Positions 1 to 13,056 of a DNA stretch of 64,000 bases are shown here, piece after piece; position 1 is the stretch's first letter, and the number at the start of each line of letters is the position of its first letter. Made by a program: the position numbers and the translations under genes. Below the pieces are notes generated by a model. It was not told the origin of the DNA. It did not search any database and saw only the letters and a program-made list of their open reading frames with translations. Where the stretch lies: assembly GCA_945957175.1 (NCBI GenBank), contig CAMFJL010000011.1:3830-67829 (forward strand), written 5' to 3'. Source of the stretch: an uncultured Legionellales bacterium (lineage in GTDB: Bacteria; Pseudomonadota; Gammaproteobacteria; UBA1113).

Positions 1-504
1 GTACAGCGCTCTCAATGTTGCGCAATCTAAGGTATGTCCCTGCATCTGATTGATCATCTCATTAAGATAAAATCCGCGTGATAGATTCAATTTGGTATCG
101 AGCGCAAACATTTTAACGGTATAACAGTGTTCTTTATCGGGTGGCGCACAGCCGCCGTAAGCAGTTGCATCGTCTCTATCGAGTTTCCATTCCGAGGGTA
201 CGATACCGGAAGCCCAGCTATTAACACCTTCAAGTAGACGCATATCGATACTCGCATTTTCAGGCAATTCGCCAAGCGTCGGATCAATATTCGCAACCGT
301 CCAATGAATCCAAGAGAAACCACAGACAGGGATGGCATCGTGATCAATAAACAATAACGCTAAAGATTGTGTTTTCTCTGGTACGTTTTTCCAGCCAATA
401 TGAAATGAGCGGCTTGGCATTTTATCTTTGATAAAGTCTTTGCCTCTGTGGCCTATTGCGTCTTTGAAGTAACCATCGACGACACTATGAGAAAAAATTT
501 CCAC
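1..504 (-). CDS. PEBP/YbhB-YbcL (UPF0098) family protein. The 3' end runs off the window start. The likely GTG start is the complement of 502-504.
   Basis: The minus-strand frame translated by hand reads ...SLALLFIDHDAIPVCGFSWIHW...YGGCAPPDKEHCYTVKMFALD, which fits the PEBP signature (D-P-D-A-P-like, H-W, G-x-PP-x-G-x-H-RY-x-F-x-L-YAL). The frame is open to position 1. The track ORF 87..347 is an out-of-frame artefact inside this gene. Confidence 0.6.
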   Translation of the reverse strand, partial: MEIFSHSVVDGYFKDAIGHRGKDFIKDKMPSRSFHIGWKNVPEKTQSLALLFIDHDAIPVCGFSWIHWTVANIDPTLGELPENASIDMRLLEGVNSWASGIVPSEWKLDRDDATAYGGCAPPDKEHCYTVKMFALDTKLNLSRGFYLNEMINQMQGHTLDCATLRALY

Positions 505-583
505 GGATATCTCCTGCACGCATTAACGACAGCTATTATCGCGTGCATCGGCCCCTCTTGTCAAAATTGGCAGAGCTCATTGA

Positions 584-620
584 TAATAAAAAAGGGCGCA
601 ACATGTTGCGCCCTTTTTGT
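584..620 (-). terminator. Rho-independent terminator downstream of rpoC, bidirectional in form
   Basis: GC hairpin agggcgcaacatgttgcgccct (593-614) with an A-run on one side and a T-run on the other. It begins 14 nt after the rpoC stop at 634-636. Confidence 0.7.
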
Positions 621-633
621 TTCATCGCGATGC

Positions 634-3600
634 TTATTCGGACTTATCATCCGCTAAGTTAAGCGCTTCACTTAAGGCCTGAGCAATATCATCCGCTGTC
701 GGTGCTAATACTTCTTTAGGCTGCTGGGCTTGTTCTATTTTCTCAAAACGACGACGACGTCGTTCATTATGATAGGCAAGTCCCGTACCTGCAGGAATCA
801 AGCGACCTACAATGATATTTTCTTTTAATCCACGAAGCTCATCCGTCTTACCACAAACAGCGGCTTCAGTAAGCACACGCGTGGTTTCTTGGAATGAGGC
901 CGCAGAGAAGAATGACTCTGTATTTAATGAGGCTTTCGTAATACCCATCAGTACGCGTTCACCTAAAGCTTCACGTTTATTTTCATCACGCATTTTCTGA
1001 TTTTCTTCACGGAAGCGCACTTCATCCACTTGCTCGCCCGCTAAGAAAGTTGTATCACCTGCGTCGGTTATCTCAACTTTTCTCAACATCTGGCGTACGA
1101 TCACTTCAATATGCTTGTCGTTAATCTTAACACCCTGCAGACGATAAACATCTTGAATTTCGTCAACAATGTAATTAGCAAGCGCACTGATACCTAACAA
1201 GCGTAAAATATCATGCGGCGTTGGCGGACCATCAGCAATCACTTCACCACGTTGCACTTGTTCACCTTCAAATACCGTGACATGACGCCATTTTGGAATC
1301 AACTCTTCATGCACTTCACCATTAGAGGCGGTAATCACTAAACGGCGTTTTCCTTTGGTCTCTTTACCAAAGCTCACAATACCGCTTAAATTAGCCATAA
1401 TGGCTGGCTCTTTAGGTTTACGTGCTTCAAATAAATCAGCAACGCGTGGTAAGCCCCCGGTAATATCACGGGTTTTTGACGTTTCTTGTGGAATACGTGC
1501 AATAATATCACCCACACCCACAAGTGCTCTATCTTCAATATTAACGATAGAATCACTTGGCAGATAATAATGTGCCGCAATATTTGTGCCTGGCAGTAAA
1601 ATATCACTGCCTTTCTTATCAATCAGCTTAATCATAGGACGTAAATCGCGACCCGCAGCACCGCGCTGTTTAGGATCCATAATGACAAGATTACTCAAAC
1701 CTGTCACTTCATCCATCTGACGATTGACAGTCACACCGTCAATCATATCGATAAAGAGAACTTGACCTGCTACTTCAGTGACAATCGGGTGAGTATGTGG
1801 ATCCCAACTTGCAACCACTTGTCCTGCATCGACATCATCACCATCGTGCACGGTTAATGTTGCACCGTAAGGAATCTTATAACGTTCACGCTCACGACCG
1901 TTTGGATCGATAATCGTCAATTCACCCGAGCGCGATACCGCAACTAGGTGACCATCAGCATGAACAACATGCTTCATATTTTGAAGCTTCACGCGACCTT
2001 TGGTTTTCACCTGGACGTTATTCGCAGCGGTTGCTCTTGATGCCGCACCCCCGATATGGAAGGTACGCATGGTTAACTGGGTACCTGGTTCACCGATGGA
2101 CTGCGCCGCAATGACACCCACAGCCTCACCCATATTCACGCGATGACCACGCGCTAAATCACGTCCGTAACAAGCCGAGCAAATACCAAACTTGGCTTCG
2201 CATGTAATAGCCGAACGTACTTTGACTTGATCAACGCTGTTTTTCTCCAATTGATCAACCCATTGTTCATCCAACAAGGTACCTGCAGGAACAAGCACCG
2301 TGTCATTACCAGGAATCAATACGTCTTCTACTGTCACACGACCGAGTACACGTTCACGCAATGGCTCAACAACATCACCGCCTTCAATGTGCGGTGTCAT
2401 CAATAAACCTTGGTTAGTACCACAATCCTCTTCAGTAATAACCACATCTTGCGCAACGTCGACTAAACGACGGGTTAAATAACCTGAGTTTGCGGTTTTC
2501 AACGCAGTATCCGCAAGACCTTTACGTGCACCGTGAGTTGAAATAAAGTATTGCTGAGAATTTAAGCCTTCGCGGAAGTTAGCCACAATCGGCGTTTCAA
2601 TAATCGAACCATCTGGTCTTGCCATCAAGCCCCGCATACCTGCTAACTGTCTTATCTGCGCAGCACTACCTCTAGCACCCGAGTCGGCCATCATGTAAAT
2701 AGAGTTGAAGGATTCTTGTTTAACCTCTTCTCCCTTGGCATTAATCACTGTTTGGTGTGCTAATTTTTCCATCATTGCCTTGGCTACCAACTCATTGGTG
2801 TGTGACCAAATATCAATAACTTTGTTATAACGCTCACCACGTGTTAACAGACCTGAAGCAAATTGCTCTTCAATTTCTTTCACTTCTTTTTCGGCGCGTC
2901 CGATAATATCAAGCTTAGATTCTGGCACCACTAAATCATCGACACCAATAGACATACCCGAACGTGTCGCGTAAGCAAAACCCGCATACATGAGTTGATC
3001 GGCAAAAATAACCGTTTCTTTAAGACCCACACGATGGTAACACTCCGTCACCAATCCTGAAATTTCTTTCTTGGTCAAGTTTTTGTTAATCGCTGAGAAA
3101 GGCATACCCGCAGGTAAAATATCCGTTAATAACGAACGGCCTACCGTTGTGTCTGCCAAATACCGACGATGCACTAACTCACCATGCTCATCTTTCACAT
3201 ATTCATCTACGCGTACTTTGATTTTTGCATGAAGCTCAACCGTACCATTTTCATAGGCACGACGCACTTCTTTAACGTCTGCAAATACTTTACCTTCGCC
3301 GCGACCATTGATTTTTTCACGACTGACATAATAAAGGCCAAGCACAACGTCCTGCGTAGGTACAATAATGGGCTCACCATTAGCTGGCGATAATACGTTA
3401 TTCGTTGACATCATCAAGGCACGTGACTCTAATTGTGCTTCAATGGTCAGTGGAATATGTACTGCCATTTGGTCACCATCGAAGTCGGCGTTATATGCCG
3501 TACAAACGAGGGGATGTAACTGTATTGCTTTACCTTCAATCAGCACAGGTTCAAATGCTTGAATACCCAAACGGTGAAGTGTAGGTGCACGGTTCAACAA

Positions 3601-4872
3601 TACGGGATGTTCGCGAATCACTTCATCTAAAATATCCCAAACCTCTGGCACTTCACGTTCTACCATCTTTTTGGCAGCTTTAATCGTGGTAGCAAGCCCA
3701 CGTAATTGTAATTTACTAAAAATAAATGGCTTAAATAACTCTAATGCCATTTTCTTAGGTAGACCACATTGGTGTAAGCGAAGGGTAGGGCCCACAACGA
3801 TCACTGAACGGCCTGAATAATCGACACGCTTGCCCAAAAGATTTTGACGAAAACGCCCTTGTTTACCCTTAATTGCATCTGCCAATGATTTAAGCGGACG
3901 CTTATTGGTACCGGTAATAGCACGACCGCGACGGCCGTTATCAAGTAAAGCATCGACAGCTTCTTGCAGCATACGCTTTTCATTACGAATAATGATATCC
4001 GGCGCCGATAATTCTAATAACCGTTTCAAACGGTTATTACGGTTAATCACGCGACGATATAAATCATTTAAATCTGAAGTTGCAAAACGACCACCATCTA
4101 ATGGCACTAATGGGCGTAAATCCGGTGGCAATACAGGCAATACCGTCATAATCATCCATTCAGGTCTGTTGCCAGATGCTTGAAAAGATTCCATCAGCTT
4201 CAAACGTTTGGTAATTTTCTTAATCTTGGTTTCTGAGTTAACCGTAGGTAACTCTTCACGTAATGCGGCAACTTCTGCCGCTAGATCGATATCACTTAAC
4301 AACGCATGAATCGCTTCTGCACCCATGCGTGCATCAAAATCATCACCGTATTGTTCAATTGCATCTAAATACTCTTCATCGCTCAAGAGCTGACCGCGTG
4401 TTAACGGTGTCATACCTGGATCAACAACAACGAATGATTCAAAATACAGAATACGCTCGATATCTCTTAAGGTCATATCTAACATCAAACCAATGCGCGA
4501 TGGCAATGATTTTAAGAACCAAATATGTGCAACTGGACATGCAAGCTCGATATGTCCCATACGTTCGCGACGAACTTTTGATAAAGTGACTTCAACACCA
4601 CACTTTTCGCACACCACCCCACGGTGTTTCAAGCGTTTGTATTTACCACAAAGGCACTCATAATCTTTGATAGGACCAAATGTACGTGCACAAAATAAAC
4701 CATCACGTTCCGGTTTAAAGGTACGATAGTTAATCGTCTCTGGCTTTGTCACTTCGCCGTATGACTCGGAGCGGATCTTTTGTGGAGAAGCTAATGCAAT
4801 CTTTATAAAATCAACTGTTCCATGGGGTAAAAAATCAGTTGCTGTAGCTATCATATTTACAGTTCCTCTCAT
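634..4872 (-). CDS. rpoC: DNA-directed RNA polymerase subunit beta'
   Basis: 1412-aa ORF. It carries the NADFDGDQM catalytic motif and the zinc-finger cysteines (CxxC...CxxC) near the N-terminus. It lies directly downstream of rpoB. Confidence 0.97.
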   Translation of the reverse strand: MRGTVNMIATATDFLPHGTVDFIKIALASPQKIRSESYGEVTKPETINYRTFKPERDGLFCARTFGPIKDYECLCGKYKRLKHRGVVCEKCGVEVTLSKVRRERMGHIELACPVAHIWFLKSLPSRIGLMLDMTLRDIERILYFESFVVVDPGMTPLTRGQLLSDEEYLDAIEQYGDDFDARMGAEAIHALLSDIDLAAEVAALREELPTVNSETKIKKITKRLKLMESFQASGNRPEWMIMTVLPVLPPDLRPLVPLDGGRFATSDLNDLYRRVINRNNRLKRLLELSAPDIIIRNEKRMLQEAVDALLDNGRRGRAITGTNKRPLKSLADAIKGKQGRFRQNLLGKRVDYSGRSVIVVGPTLRLHQCGLPKKMALELFKPFIFSKLQLRGLATTIKAAKKMVEREVPEVWDILDEVIREHPVLLNRAPTLHRLGIQAFEPVLIEGKAIQLHPLVCTAYNADFDGDQMAVHIPLTIEAQLESRALMMSTNNVLSPANGEPIIVPTQDVVLGLYYVSREKINGRGEGKVFADVKEVRRAYENGTVELHAKIKVRVDEYVKDEHGELVHRRYLADTTVGRSLLTDILPAGMPFSAINKNLTKKEISGLVTECYHRVGLKETVIFADQLMYAGFAYATRSGMSIGVDDLVVPESKLDIIGRAEKEVKEIEEQFASGLLTRGERYNKVIDIWSHTNELVAKAMMEKLAHQTVINAKGEEVKQESFNSIYMMADSGARGSAAQIRQLAGMRGLMARPDGSIIETPIVANFREGLNSQQYFISTHGARKGLADTALKTANSGYLTRRLVDVAQDVVITEEDCGTNQGLLMTPHIEGGDVVEPLRERVLGRVTVEDVLIPGNDTVLVPAGTLLDEQWVDQLEKNSVDQVKVRSAITCEAKFGICSACYGRDLARGHRVNMGEAVGVIAAQSIGEPGTQLTMRTFHIGGAASRATAANNVQVKTKGRVKLQNMKHVVHADGHLVAVSRSGELTIIDPNGRERERYKIPYGATLTVHDGDDVDAGQVVASWDPHTHPIVTEVAGQVLFIDMIDGVTVNRQMDEVTGLSNLVIMDPKQRGAAGRDLRPMIKLIDKKGSDILLPGTNIAAHYYLPSDSIVNIEDRALVGVGDIIARIPQETSKTRDITGGLPRVADLFEARKPKEPAIMANLSGIVSFGKETKGKRRLVITASNGEVHEELIPKWRHVTVFEGEQVQRGEVIADGPPTPHDILRLLGISALANYIVDEIQDVYRLQGVKINDKHIEVIVRQMLRKVEITDAGDTTFLAGEQVDEVRFREENQKMRDENKREALGERVLMGITKASLNTESFFSAASFQETTRVLTEAAVCGKTDELRGLKENIIVGRLIPAGTGLAYHNERRRRRFEKIEQAQQPKEVLAPTADDIAQALSEALNLADDKSE

Positions 4873-4948
4873 GTCTTAAAAAACCAGGTTACTTTGAAAG
4901 TAGCCTAGTCACCGTATAACTCAAATACACAAACACGCTGGCTTATGC

Positions 4949-7900
4949 TTAATAACTTTCGATATCAATATCGAGGCCTAATGCTCTAATCTCGCGGATT
5001 AATACATTGAAGGATTCAGGCATACCTGCATCCATACGATGATCACCGTCGACGATATTTTTATACATTTTGGTCCGGCCAGACACGTCATCTGACTTAA
5101 CAGTTAACATTTCTTGCAGGGTATACGCTGCACCATAAGCCTCTAGAGCCCAAACTTCCATCTCCCCGAAACGCTGACCGCCGAATTGGGCTTTACCACC
5201 CAACGGCTGTTGCGTCACGAGACTATAAGAACCTGTTGAACGTGCATGCATTTTATCATCCACTAAGTGGTTGAGCTTAAGCATATACATATAACCCACA
5301 GTAACAGGCCTATCAAATTTGTTGCCTGTACGTCCATCCGTCAATTCGGTTTGACCTGACTCAGGCAATCCCGCAAGCGTCAGCATGGTTTTAATTTCAG
5401 CTTCGCTCGCACCATCGAAGACCGGTGTTGCCATAGGCACACCATCGCGCAAATTATTTGCGATATACATCACTTGCGCATCCGTCATTTTGGCGATGTT
5501 AGGACGGTGCTCTTCCGTAGCATGCGCATAAATACGCTCAAGCTGTTGTCTTAACTCGACCATTTTGGCTTGTGCATCGATTAAACGCCCAATCTGTTGT
5601 CCAAGTGATTTCGCCGCCCAGCCTAAGTGAGTTTCTAAAACCTGACCGATATTCATCCGCGAAGGCACACCTAATGGATTTAATACGATATCTACAGGCG
5701 TGCCATCTTCAAGGTAAGGCATGTCTTCCACGGGCACAATCATAGAGACGACACCCTTGTTACCATGACGACCAGCCATCTTATCACCAGGCTGAATACG
5801 ACGTTTAACTGCCATATACACTTTAACAATCTTAAGTACACCAGGTGCTAAATCATCACCTTGCGTGATTTTCTTGCGTTTTTCTTCAAGCTTAGCATCA
5901 TAAAATTGGCGGATATCTGCAAGTTGTGTCGCAAATTGTTCAATTTGCTGGTTAATGCTGTCATCTTTAACATTAATTTCAAACCACTTACTGTATGGTA
6001 AATCTTTTAAATATTCAGATGTAACTTTGCTGCCAGCCTTCAGTCCCTTAGGACCGCTGCTAACAACGGCATTAACAAACAATTTTTCTAAGCGTTGATA
6101 AATATCTTGCTCACGAATACGCAGCTCATCATCAATATCTTTCTTCGCTTTTGCCAATTCTGCATTTTCAATATCAAGTGCACGCTCATCTTTTGTGACA
6201 CCATCACGAGTAAACACGCGAACATCAATAATAGTACCATTCATACCTGAAGGTACGCGCAATGAGCTATCTTTCACATCCGATGCTTTTTCACCGAAAA
6301 TAGCGCGCAATAGCTTTTCTTCAGGTGTTAGCTGCGTTTCACCTTTAGGTGTTACCTTACCAACGAGAATATCACCTGCTTCGACTTCCGCACCAATATG
6401 AACGATACCGCAACCATCTAATTTAGCTAATGCATGCTCACCTACATTAGGAATATCTGAAGTAATTTCCTCAGGCCCTAATTTTGTATCGCGAGCAATA
6501 CAGCTTAATTCTTCAATATGAATGGATGTAAAGCGATCTTCATTCACAACTCTTTCAGAAATAAGAATGGAATCTTCAAAGTTATAACCATTCCAAGGCA
6601 TAAATGCCACAAGAAGATTTTGTCCTAATGCTAATTCGCCACGGTCAGTTGATGGTCCATCAGCAAGCACATCACCACGATTTACACGCGCACCAACATG
6701 AACTAATGGGTGTTGGTTAATACAAGTTGTATGATTTGAACGTGCGTATTTTACTAAATTGTAAATATCAACACCACGCTCACCTTTCAGGGTTTCATCA
6801 TCATTGACACGAATCACAATACGCGACGCATCGACGGAATCAACAACACCACCACGTTTTGCAACGAGAGTAACGCCTGAATCAATCGCAACAATGTGTT
6901 CCATACCTGTACCGACCAATGGCTTGTCTGCACGTAAGGTTGGCACTGCTTGACGTTGCATGTTTGAGCCCATAAGCGCACGGTTTGCATCATCATGTTC
7001 TAAGAATGGAATCAATGACGCCGCAACTGATACGATTTGCTTGGGAGAAACATCCATATACTCAACTTTATCTGCACTGGTAAAAGCAAACTCATTGCGA
7101 TGTCGGCAAGGCACTAACTCATCCGTTAATCGACCTTTCGTATCAACAGTTGCATTAGCCTGAGCAATAATAAACTTACCTTCTTCAATCGCAGATAGAT
7201 AATGCAATTCATCTGTCACACGGCCATTAATCACTTTGCGATAGGGCGCTTCTAAGAAGCCATATTCGTTAGGACGTGCAAACACAGCTAATGAATTGAT
7301 CAAACCAATGTTAGGTCCTTCAGGTGTTTCAATAGGACAAAGCTTAGCATAGTGAGTCGAGTGAACGTCACGCACCTCAAACCCTGCGCGTTCACGGGTT
7401 AAACCACCTGGGCCGAGTGCTGAAACACGACGTTTGTGAGTAATTTCTGAAAGTGGATTATTTTGATCCATGAATTGAGACAATTGACTAGAACCAAAAA
7501 ATTCTTTAATCGCTGCAGCAATTGGCTTCGCATTAATCACATCTTGTGGCATCAGGTTTTCAGCTTCAGCAATGCTCAAACGCTCTTTGACTGCACGCTC
7601 TACACGAACCAAACCTAGACGGAATTGGTTTTCAGTCATTTCACCAACACTTCTTACGCGACGATTGCCTAAATGGTCGATGTCATCTGCTTCCCCAGAA
7701 CCATTGCGAATATCAACTAAGGTACGCACAACAGCGAGGATATCATCATGCGTCAATGTGCCTGGACCAGCAATATCTTGACGGCCAACACGCAGGTTGA
7801 ACTTCATACGACCTACAGCAGATAAATCATAGCGTTCTACATTAAAAAATAGATTTTCAAATAACGCTTCAGCTGCTTCTTGTGTAGGTGGCTCACCAGG

Positions 7901-9061
7901 ACGCATCATGCGGTAGATTTCAACTAATGCTTCAATTTGGCTATTGGTTGGATCAATACGCAGTGTATCTGCGATAAATGAACCGCAATCTAAATCGTTA
8001 GTATAAATAACATCAATTTGATTGTGACCAAGTTCATGAATCTTAGTAATGAGATCTTGCGTTAATACGGTATTCGCAGGCACCACGATTTCACCCGTAT
8101 CTTTATTAACATAGTTATGCGCCACAACTTTACCAACAAGGTATTCAACAGGCACATCTACAGTTTTAATACCGGCTGTTTCCAATTGACGTATATGTCT
8201 GGCAGAAATTCGGCGGCCTTCTTCTAAAATAACATTGCCTTTACTATCTTTAAATGTTGTAAAAGCGATTTCACCGCGCAAACGTTCTGGAATAAGTTTT
8301 AATTTAATTGAACCATCTTTAGCTAACGTATATTGGTTTATTTCGTAAAATTTCTCTAAAATTTCTTCTGTGCTCATACCTATTGCGCGCAACAGGATAC
8401 TAACAGGCAGCTTGCGTCGTCTGTCAATACGTGCATATAAGCAGTCTTTTGCATCAAATTCAAAATCGAGCCAAGAACCACGGTAAGGAATAACACGAGC
8501 TGAGAATAATAATTTGCCTGAGGAGTGTGTTTTGCCTTTATCGTGCTCGAAATAAACACCAGGTGAACGGTGTAACTGAGAAACAACAACTCGCTCTGTA
8601 CCATTAATAATGAAAGTACCATGTTCGGTCATAATCGGTATTTCACCGATAAATACTTCTTGTTCTCGGATGTCTTTGATAACTTTATTGTCTTGTGCTG
8701 AATCTTTATCGTATATCACTAAACGTACTTTAATACGCATAGGTACAGAATACGTTAAGCTACGAAGTTTACATTCGTATTCATCAAAACCAGGCTCACC
8801 TAAATTATATTCAACAAATTCTAATACGGCATGACCATTAAAACTCTTAATGGGAAATACTGAACGAAGTGCAGCTTCTAACCCTACAACTTTACGCTCA
8901 TGGTGAGGTACATATTTTTGTAAAAAGAGATCATAGGATTCCTTAGGCACTTCTAATAAGTCGGGAATTGCCATGGTCTCAGGTAACTTGCCAAAATAAA
9001 GGCGAGGTCTAATACCATTAAGCGCGTGCGTTAGTGATTCGCTAGTGTTCGTCGTGGTCAT
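4949..9061 (-). CDS. rpoB: DNA-directed RNA polymerase subunit beta
   Basis: 1370-aa ORF with typical RpoB blocks, for example [22 protein letters not shown] at the C-terminus. It sits in the rplL-rpoB-rpoC arrangement. Confidence 0.97.
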   Translation of the reverse strand: MTTTNTSESLTHALNGIRPRLYFGKLPETMAIPDLLEVPKESYDLFLQKYVPHHERKVVGLEAALRSVFPIKSFNGHAVLEFVEYNLGEPGFDEYECKLRSLTYSVPMRIKVRLVIYDKDSAQDNKVIKDIREQEVFIGEIPIMTEHGTFIINGTERVVVSQLHRSPGVYFEHDKGKTHSSGKLLFSARVIPYRGSWLDFEFDAKDCLYARIDRRRKLPVSILLRAIGMSTEEILEKFYEINQYTLAKDGSIKLKLIPERLRGEIAFTTFKDSKGNVILEEGRRISARHIRQLETAGIKTVDVPVEYLVGKVVAHNYVNKDTGEIVVPANTVLTQDLITKIHELGHNQIDVIYTNDLDCGSFIADTLRIDPTNSQIEALVEIYRMMRPGEPPTQEAAEALFENLFFNVERYDLSAVGRMKFNLRVGRQDIAGPGTLTHDDILAVVRTLVDIRNGSGEADDIDHLGNRRVRSVGEMTENQFRLGLVRVERAVKERLSIAEAENLMPQDVINAKPIAAAIKEFFGSSQLSQFMDQNNPLSEITHKRRVSALGPGGLTRERAGFEVRDVHSTHYAKLCPIETPEGPNIGLINSLAVFARPNEYGFLEAPYRKVINGRVTDELHYLSAIEEGKFIIAQANATVDTKGRLTDELVPCRHRNEFAFTSADKVEYMDVSPKQIVSVAASLIPFLEHDDANRALMGSNMQRQAVPTLRADKPLVGTGMEHIVAIDSGVTLVAKRGGVVDSVDASRIVIRVNDDETLKGERGVDIYNLVKYARSNHTTCINQHPLVHVGARVNRGDVLADGPSTDRGELALGQNLLVAFMPWNGYNFEDSILISERVVNEDRFTSIHIEELSCIARDTKLGPEEITSDIPNVGEHALAKLDGCGIVHIGAEVEAGDILVGKVTPKGETQLTPEEKLLRAIFGEKASDVKDSSLRVPSGMNGTIIDVRVFTRDGVTKDERALDIENAELAKAKKDIDDELRIREQDIYQRLEKLFVNAVVSSGPKGLKAGSKVTSEYLKDLPYSKWFEINVKDDSINQQIEQFATQLADIRQFYDAKLEEKRKKITQGDDLAPGVLKIVKVYMAVKRRIQPGDKMAGRHGNKGVVSMIVPVEDMPYLEDGTPVDIVLNPLGVPSRMNIGQVLETHLGWAAKSLGQQIGRLIDAQAKMVELRQQLERIYAHATEEHRPNIAKMTDAQVMYIANNLRDGVPMATPVFDGASEAEIKTMLTLAGLPESGQTELTDGRTGNKFDRPVTVGYMYMLKLNHLVDDKMHARSTGSYSLVTQQPLGGKAQFGGQRFGEMEVWALEAYGAAYTLQEMLTVKSDDVSGRTKMYKNIVDGDHRMDAGMPESFNVLIREIRALGLDIDIESY

Positions 9062-9094
9062 GGAGGTTCCTCAAACTGAGCTACGCTTGTTTAT

Positions 9095-9150
9095 GCCAAA
9101 AAAACAATTAACAAAACAACCCACGACGCCTAAAGGCGACATGGGTTGTT
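9095..9150 (-). terminator. Partial terminator or attenuator in the rplL-rpoB intergenic region
   Basis: Minus-strand hairpin aacaacccatgtcgcc-ttta-ggcgtcgtgggttgtt followed by a U-rich tract. This is the classic position of the rplL-rpoB attenuator. Confidence 0.5.
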
Positions 9151-9312
9151 TTTATCAAGACTCTAATAAATTCATACTCCCGGCATTTCAATGACCTGGC
9201 ATGGTGCAGAAACGTAAACGCAAAGTCATGCACATACAATACATAACCCCAGCGGACAGCGCTCTTGCAATAAAGCCAGGCATTGAAAGACGAAAAGTAT
9301 TGGAAGTTTAAA

Positions 9313-9690
9313 TTATTTAACTTCAACTTCCGCACCAACTTCCGTCAGTTCCTTCTTGATCTTTTCTGCATCTTGCTTGCTGACGCCTTCCTTCACTAAA
9401 GCAGGCGCGCCTTCCACCAAGTCTTTTGCTTCTTTTAAGCCAAGACCTGTGATACCGCGAATCACTTTAATTACGTCAACTTTCTTCTCGCCGAAAGCTT
9501 TCAGCGTAACTGTAAATTCCGTTTGCTCTTCAGCAGCAGCAGCACTGCCACCTGCAGGAGCAACGACTACTGGCGCAGCAGCAGCTGCAGTCACACCAAA
9601 TTTCTCTTCCATCATTTTGATAAGATCAACAACATCCATAACACTCATTTGTGCAATGGCATCTAAGATATTTTCTTTTGAAACAGCCAT
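9313..9690 (-). CDS. rplL: 50S ribosomal protein L7/L12
   Basis: The sequence [25 protein letters not shown]...AAAAAP...[13 protein letters not shown]...EVEVK has the typical L7/L12 features. The track ORF start at 9750 is an upstream in-frame extension. I prefer the start at M21. Confidence 0.93.
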   Translation of the reverse strand: MAVSKENILDAIAQMSVMDVVDLIKMMEEKFGVTAAAAAPVVVAPAGGSAAAAEEQTEFTVTLKAFGEKKVDVIKVIRGITGLGLKEAKDLVEGAPALVKEGVSKQDAEKIKKELTEVGAEVEVK

Positions 9691-9785
9691 GATAGCTCCT
9701 AAGTTTTTTGTAGCTAGGTCCGTCATCAGTGCTTTACAGCATAGAGACATTTATTTCAACAACTACAACATTAATGTAAAAGTAA

Positions 9786-10316
9786 TTACTCAGCCTTCGC
9801 TTTTTCCAAACGAACTGCTTCCAGTGTACGCACTAATTTAACATTAACGCCAGCCAAAGTTTGAACAAATTTGGCGACTGGCGCTTGCATCACGGATAAC
9901 AATTGTGAAAGCGCTTCATCACGTGTTGGTAATTTCGCAACAGATTCGAGCTTTTTCGCATCGAGCAATTCACCACCAAGGGCAATCACTTTAACTTCTA
10001 AGCGCTCATACAGTTTGCAAGCATCGCGAAATAGTCTTGCCGCAGCACCTGGATCATCTTGCGAAAATCCAATAATAAGCGGACCAACTAAGGCATCTTG
10101 CATGCAAGCAAAGTCAGTATTTTCAACAGCTCTGCGTGCTAGCGTATTACGAATAACACGTAAATAAACACCGGAATTACGCGCATTTTTGCGTAACGAA
10201 TCCAGCTGAGTGACCGTGAGTCCACGATAGTTTGCTGCAACCGCTGACAAAGATTTTTGTGCAACTTCAGCAACTTCAGCGACTATCGCTTTCTTATCAT
10301 CAAGCTTTAAGGTCAC
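9786..10316 (-). CDS. rplJ: 50S ribosomal protein L10
   Basis: 176 aa, MTLKLDDKKAIVAEV...; sits immediately upstream of rplL as expected. Confidence 0.93.
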   Translation of the reverse strand: MTLKLDDKKAIVAEVAEVAQKSLSAVAANYRGLTVTQLDSLRKNARNSGVYLRVIRNTLARRAVENTDFACMQDALVGPLIIGFSQDDPGAAARLFRDACKLYERLEVKVIALGGELLDAKKLESVAKLPTRDEALSQLLSVMQAPVAKFVQTLAGVNVKLVRTLEAVRLEKAKAE

Positions 10317-10668
10317 TTTATTTACCTCCAGAAATGTCTAGGTAAAAAACGAAACGCCATTACCTAAACGCCTATTAGACGATTAGTGAGGACATATTTA
10401 GATGCCACACCGTCTGCGCAGGTCGTCTTTACACGTTTATGCTTACACACCTGCGGTCTTAGACGGCTAGATCTGAAATTCAGATCTGGGCCGTTAAGAT
10501 TCTTTTGCCGCTAACGCCCAACTGAGACGCCGCATGCTTAAATACGCAAGTATTTTGAGGGTTAGCAAGACGTCCAAAGGTTTAACTGAGAGAGTGTACA
10601 ACTAGTACACGACCGAAGTTAAATCCTGATGGACAACGCCGCTAACGTTCAAAAGACGCCACGTATTT
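10317..10668 (-). promoter_or_regulatory. Long structured 5' leader between rplA and rplJ. This is the expected L10(L12)4 autoregulatory leader region.
   Basis: A 350-nt non-coding gap with several stem-loops between two ribosomal-protein genes. The call comes from its position and length only. Confidence 0.35.
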
Positions 10669-11364
10669 TTAGTTAATACTGGTGAGTTCAATAGCCAATC
10701 CAGGTCCCATGGTGCTCGATATCGCGACTTTACGCACATAAATACCTTTGGCATCACTCGGCTTAGCTTTCTTCACATCCGCAATAACTGCTTCTATATT
10801 CTCTTGCAATTGTTCTTTTGTAAAATGAATTTTACCTACAGGGCAATGCACAATACCGCCTTTGTCAAGACGGAAGGTAATTTGTCCTGCTTTAGCTCTG
10901 GCAACAGCACCAGCTACATCAGGTGTAACGGTACCAACTTTAGGATTAGGCATTAAATTACGTGGGCCTAATATTTGACCCAATTGACCCACCAAACGCA
11001 TCGCATCAGGTGTTGCAATAAGGACATCAAAGTCCATTTGCCCACCTTTGATTTGTTCAGCTAAATCTTCAAAACCCACAATATCAGCACCTGCTGCTAA
11101 CGCAGCATCTGCATTAGCGCCTTGCGCAAACACAGCAATACGTACTGTTTTGCCAGTACCATGAGGCAGAACACATGCACCTCTCACGGTGGTTTTACGT
11201 GGGTCAACGCCCAAATTAATAGCAAGTTCTACTGTTTCTGCAAATTTAACAGGATGCTTGCTGGCGATATCTTTTAACAACGCTAAACCATCAGCTAAGG
11301 CATGGACTTTACCGGCTGTTACTAATTGCGCTAGTAATTTTTGTCTTTTCGTCTGTTTACTCAT
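10669..11364 (-). CDS. rplA: 50S ribosomal protein L1
   Basis: 231 aa, [11 protein letters not shown]...[12 protein letters not shown]...; sits in the conserved rplK-rplA order. Confidence 0.93.
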   Translation of the reverse strand: MSKQTKRQKLLAQLVTAGKVHALADGLALLKDIASKHPVKFAETVELAINLGVDPRKTTVRGACVLPHGTGKTVRIAVFAQGANADAALAAGADIVGFEDLAEQIKGGQMDFDVLIATPDAMRLVGQLGQILGPRNLMPNPKVGTVTPDVAGAVARAKAGQITFRLDKGGIVHCPVGKIHFTKEQLQENIEAVIADVKKAKPSDAKGIYVRKVAISSTMGPGLAIELTSIN

Positions 11365-11367
11365 GGC

Positions 11368-11796
11368 TTACCCCTCAATCTCAACGCCCATACTACGAGC
11401 TGAGCCCGCAATGGTATTTATAGCCGCTTCTAAAGAGCTTGCGGATAAATCAGGCATTTTCATTTTTGCAATCGCTTCAATTTGCGCACGTGTAAGCTTA
11501 CCAACTTTCTTGGTATTAGGCGTACCGCTACCCGATTTGAGATTTAATGCTTCTTTAATCAAGATTGACGCAGGTGGTGTCTTTAATATGAAATCAAAGC
11601 TACGATCGCTATACGCATTGATTGCGACAGGAATCACTAATCCTTTTTTCATGCCTTCTGTTTTTGCATTAAATGCTTTACAAAATTCCATGATGTTAAG
11701 GCCACGCTGACCTAACGCAGGTCCAACTGGCGGACTTGGATTCGCCATACCTGCCGGGATTTGCAGTTTAATGACTGCAACGACTTTTTTTGCCAT
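11368..11796 (-). CDS. rplK: 50S ribosomal protein L11
   Basis: [44 protein letters not shown] is the L11 N-terminus. The start is taken at MAKK, 3 codons inside the track ORF. Confidence 0.93.
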   Translation of the reverse strand: MAKKVVAVIKLQIPAGMANPSPPVGPALGQRGLNIMEFCKAFNAKTEGMKKGLVIPVAINAYSDRSFDFILKTPPASILIKEALNLKSGSGTPNTKKVGKLTRAQIEAIAKMKMPDLSASSLEAAINTIAGSARSMGVEIEG

Positions 11797-11981
11797 CTGT
11801 AACACTCCAATTATGGGTCATCACGCAATCACGTTTCGTCAGTCAAAATACGGTGAGTGTTCACCCTTCGTCTTTTGATATCTGGCTTTAGTGCTAACTC
11901 GTTGCCTTTTCTACTTGGCGTTAACGAGCATTGCTCCCCGTTGTATGTGAAGAAATTCGATCATCCTCTTAAGAAGAACGA

Positions 11982-12554
11982 TTAAACCCCTTTCTCTACT
12001 TGGCCAAACTCAAGCTCAACCGGCGTTGAGCGGCCAAAAATCAATACGGCGACGCGAAGACGATTTTTTTCAAAATTCACATCTTCAACAACACCATTAA
12101 AATCTGCAAAAGGTCCTTCAGTGACACGAACCACTTCGCCCACTTCAAAGATAACCTTAGGTCTTGCTTTACCTTCCACATTATCGCGTACACGCTGTAA
12201 AATAGCATCCGCTTCACGTTCGGTAATCGGCGCTGGTTTTTCTTTGGTGCCACCAATAAAACCCAACACTCGCGGTGTTTTGCGTACCAAATGCCAGGTA
12301 TCATTATCCATCTGCATTTGTACTAATACATAACCTGGAAAATACTTACGCTCGCTTTCGCGCTTTTGTCCTGAACGCATTTCCACTACTTTTTCTTTTG
12401 GCACGAGAATCTCGCCAAATTTATCGGCAAGTCCTGCCGCTTTAATTCTGTCTATCAGTGCATCACGCACAAAAGATTCATTGCCAACAATGGCTTGTAC
12501 CACATACCAGCGATATTGCTGTACGGTTGGATCATGTGCTTGTTGTTCAGTCAT
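11982..12554 (-). CDS. nusG: Transcription termination/antitermination factor NusG
   Basis: 190 aa with RWYVVQA...(NGN) and a C-terminal KOW-like region ([21 protein letters not shown]). It lies between secE and rplK. Confidence 0.92.
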   Translation of the reverse strand: MTEQQAHDPTVQQYRWYVVQAIVGNESFVRDALIDRIKAAGLADKFGEILVPKEKVVEMRSGQKRESERKYFPGYVLVQMQMDNDTWHLVRKTPRVLGFIGGTKEKPAPITEREADAILQRVRDNVEGKARPKVIFEVGEVVRVTEGPFADFNGVVEDVNFEKNRLRVAVLIFGRSTPVELEFGQVEKGV

Positions 12555-12559
12555 TTACT

Positions 12560-12946
12560 TTAACCTCTCTGCCCAGTCAACCAACTAATTATCCACAACA
12601 TAAAGGCATCTACGCCCCACAGGAGTAATGCGGTAACTAAGACCATCGCCATCACTATCACTGTTGTTTGTATGGTTTCTTGCTTTGTCGGCCAAAAAAC
12701 TTTACGAAGCTCAATCTTTGCCTCGCCGATGAAGCGAATAGCAATGCGGCCTTGGTCGGTCAGTACTGCAAGTCCCAACAGTCCGCCAAATATCACTATC
12801 CACGCGATAATACGTATAGGCGTCGCTATACTGGTAAAATAGTAGTTAGCAACTAATGCTGCCACGAACACAAGCGTGATAAATGCCCATAGCATCCCAT
12901 TACGCTTGCCGGAATTAGCTTCACCATTAACACTCATCGCAAACAT
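12560..12946 (-). CDS. secE: Preprotein translocase subunit SecE
   Basis: A small protein with 3 TM helices directly downstream of tRNA-Trp and upstream of nusG, which is the conserved context. The start could be the internal MSVNG. Confidence 0.85.
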   Translation of the reverse strand: MFAMSVNGEANSGKRNGMLWAFITLVFVAALVANYYFTSIATPIRIIAWIVIFGGLLGLAVLTDQGRIAIRFIGEAKIELRKVFWPTKQETIQTTVIVMAMVLVTALLLWGVDAFMLWIISWLTGQRG

Positions 12947-12980
12947 AGTTACCTTTGATCGTGGGTTTAAACCCGGTAGG

Positions 12981-13056
12981 TGGCAGGCCAGGAGGGTCTC
13001 GAACCCCCAACCTGCGGTTTTGGAGACCGCCGCTCTGCCAATTGAGCTACTGGCCT
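12981..13056 (-). tRNA. tRNA-Trp (anticodon CCA)
   Basis: Reverse complement AGGCCAGTAGCTCAATTGGCAGAGCGGCGGTCTCCAAAACCGCAGGTTGGGGGTTCGAGACCCTCCTGGCCTGCCA. It forms a cloverleaf with the anticodon loop CUCCAAA and ends in CCA. Confidence 0.95.

Noticed and set aside
87-347. Track ORF of 86 aa on the minus strand
   Set aside because: It lies inside the PEBP/YbhB gene but in a different frame. The PEBP frame gives a convincing family match, while this frame gives low-complexity sequence.
448-657. Track ORF of 69 aa on the plus strand
   Set aside because: It overlaps the PEBP start region and runs through the rpoC terminator hairpin. It has no RBS and its composition is not protein-like.
812-8834. 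Many 60-110-aa ORFs antisense or out-of-frame within rpoC and rpoB, for example 812..1000, 1386..1622, 3905..4183, 4263..4589, 6195..6401, 7572..7781 and 8380..8622
   Set aside because: These are shadow ORFs inside two long, unambiguous, highly conserved genes.
9356-11710. ORFs 9356..9841, 9871..10167 and 11189..11710 opposite rplL, rplJ and rplA/rplK
   Set aside because: They are antisense to ribosomal protein genes. Their low-complexity Ala/Ser-rich translation is typical of the reverse strand of GC-balanced coding DNA.
12077-12333. ORFs 12077..12304 and 12121..12333 within nusG
   Set aside because: They are out-of-frame or antisense shadow ORFs inside nusG.
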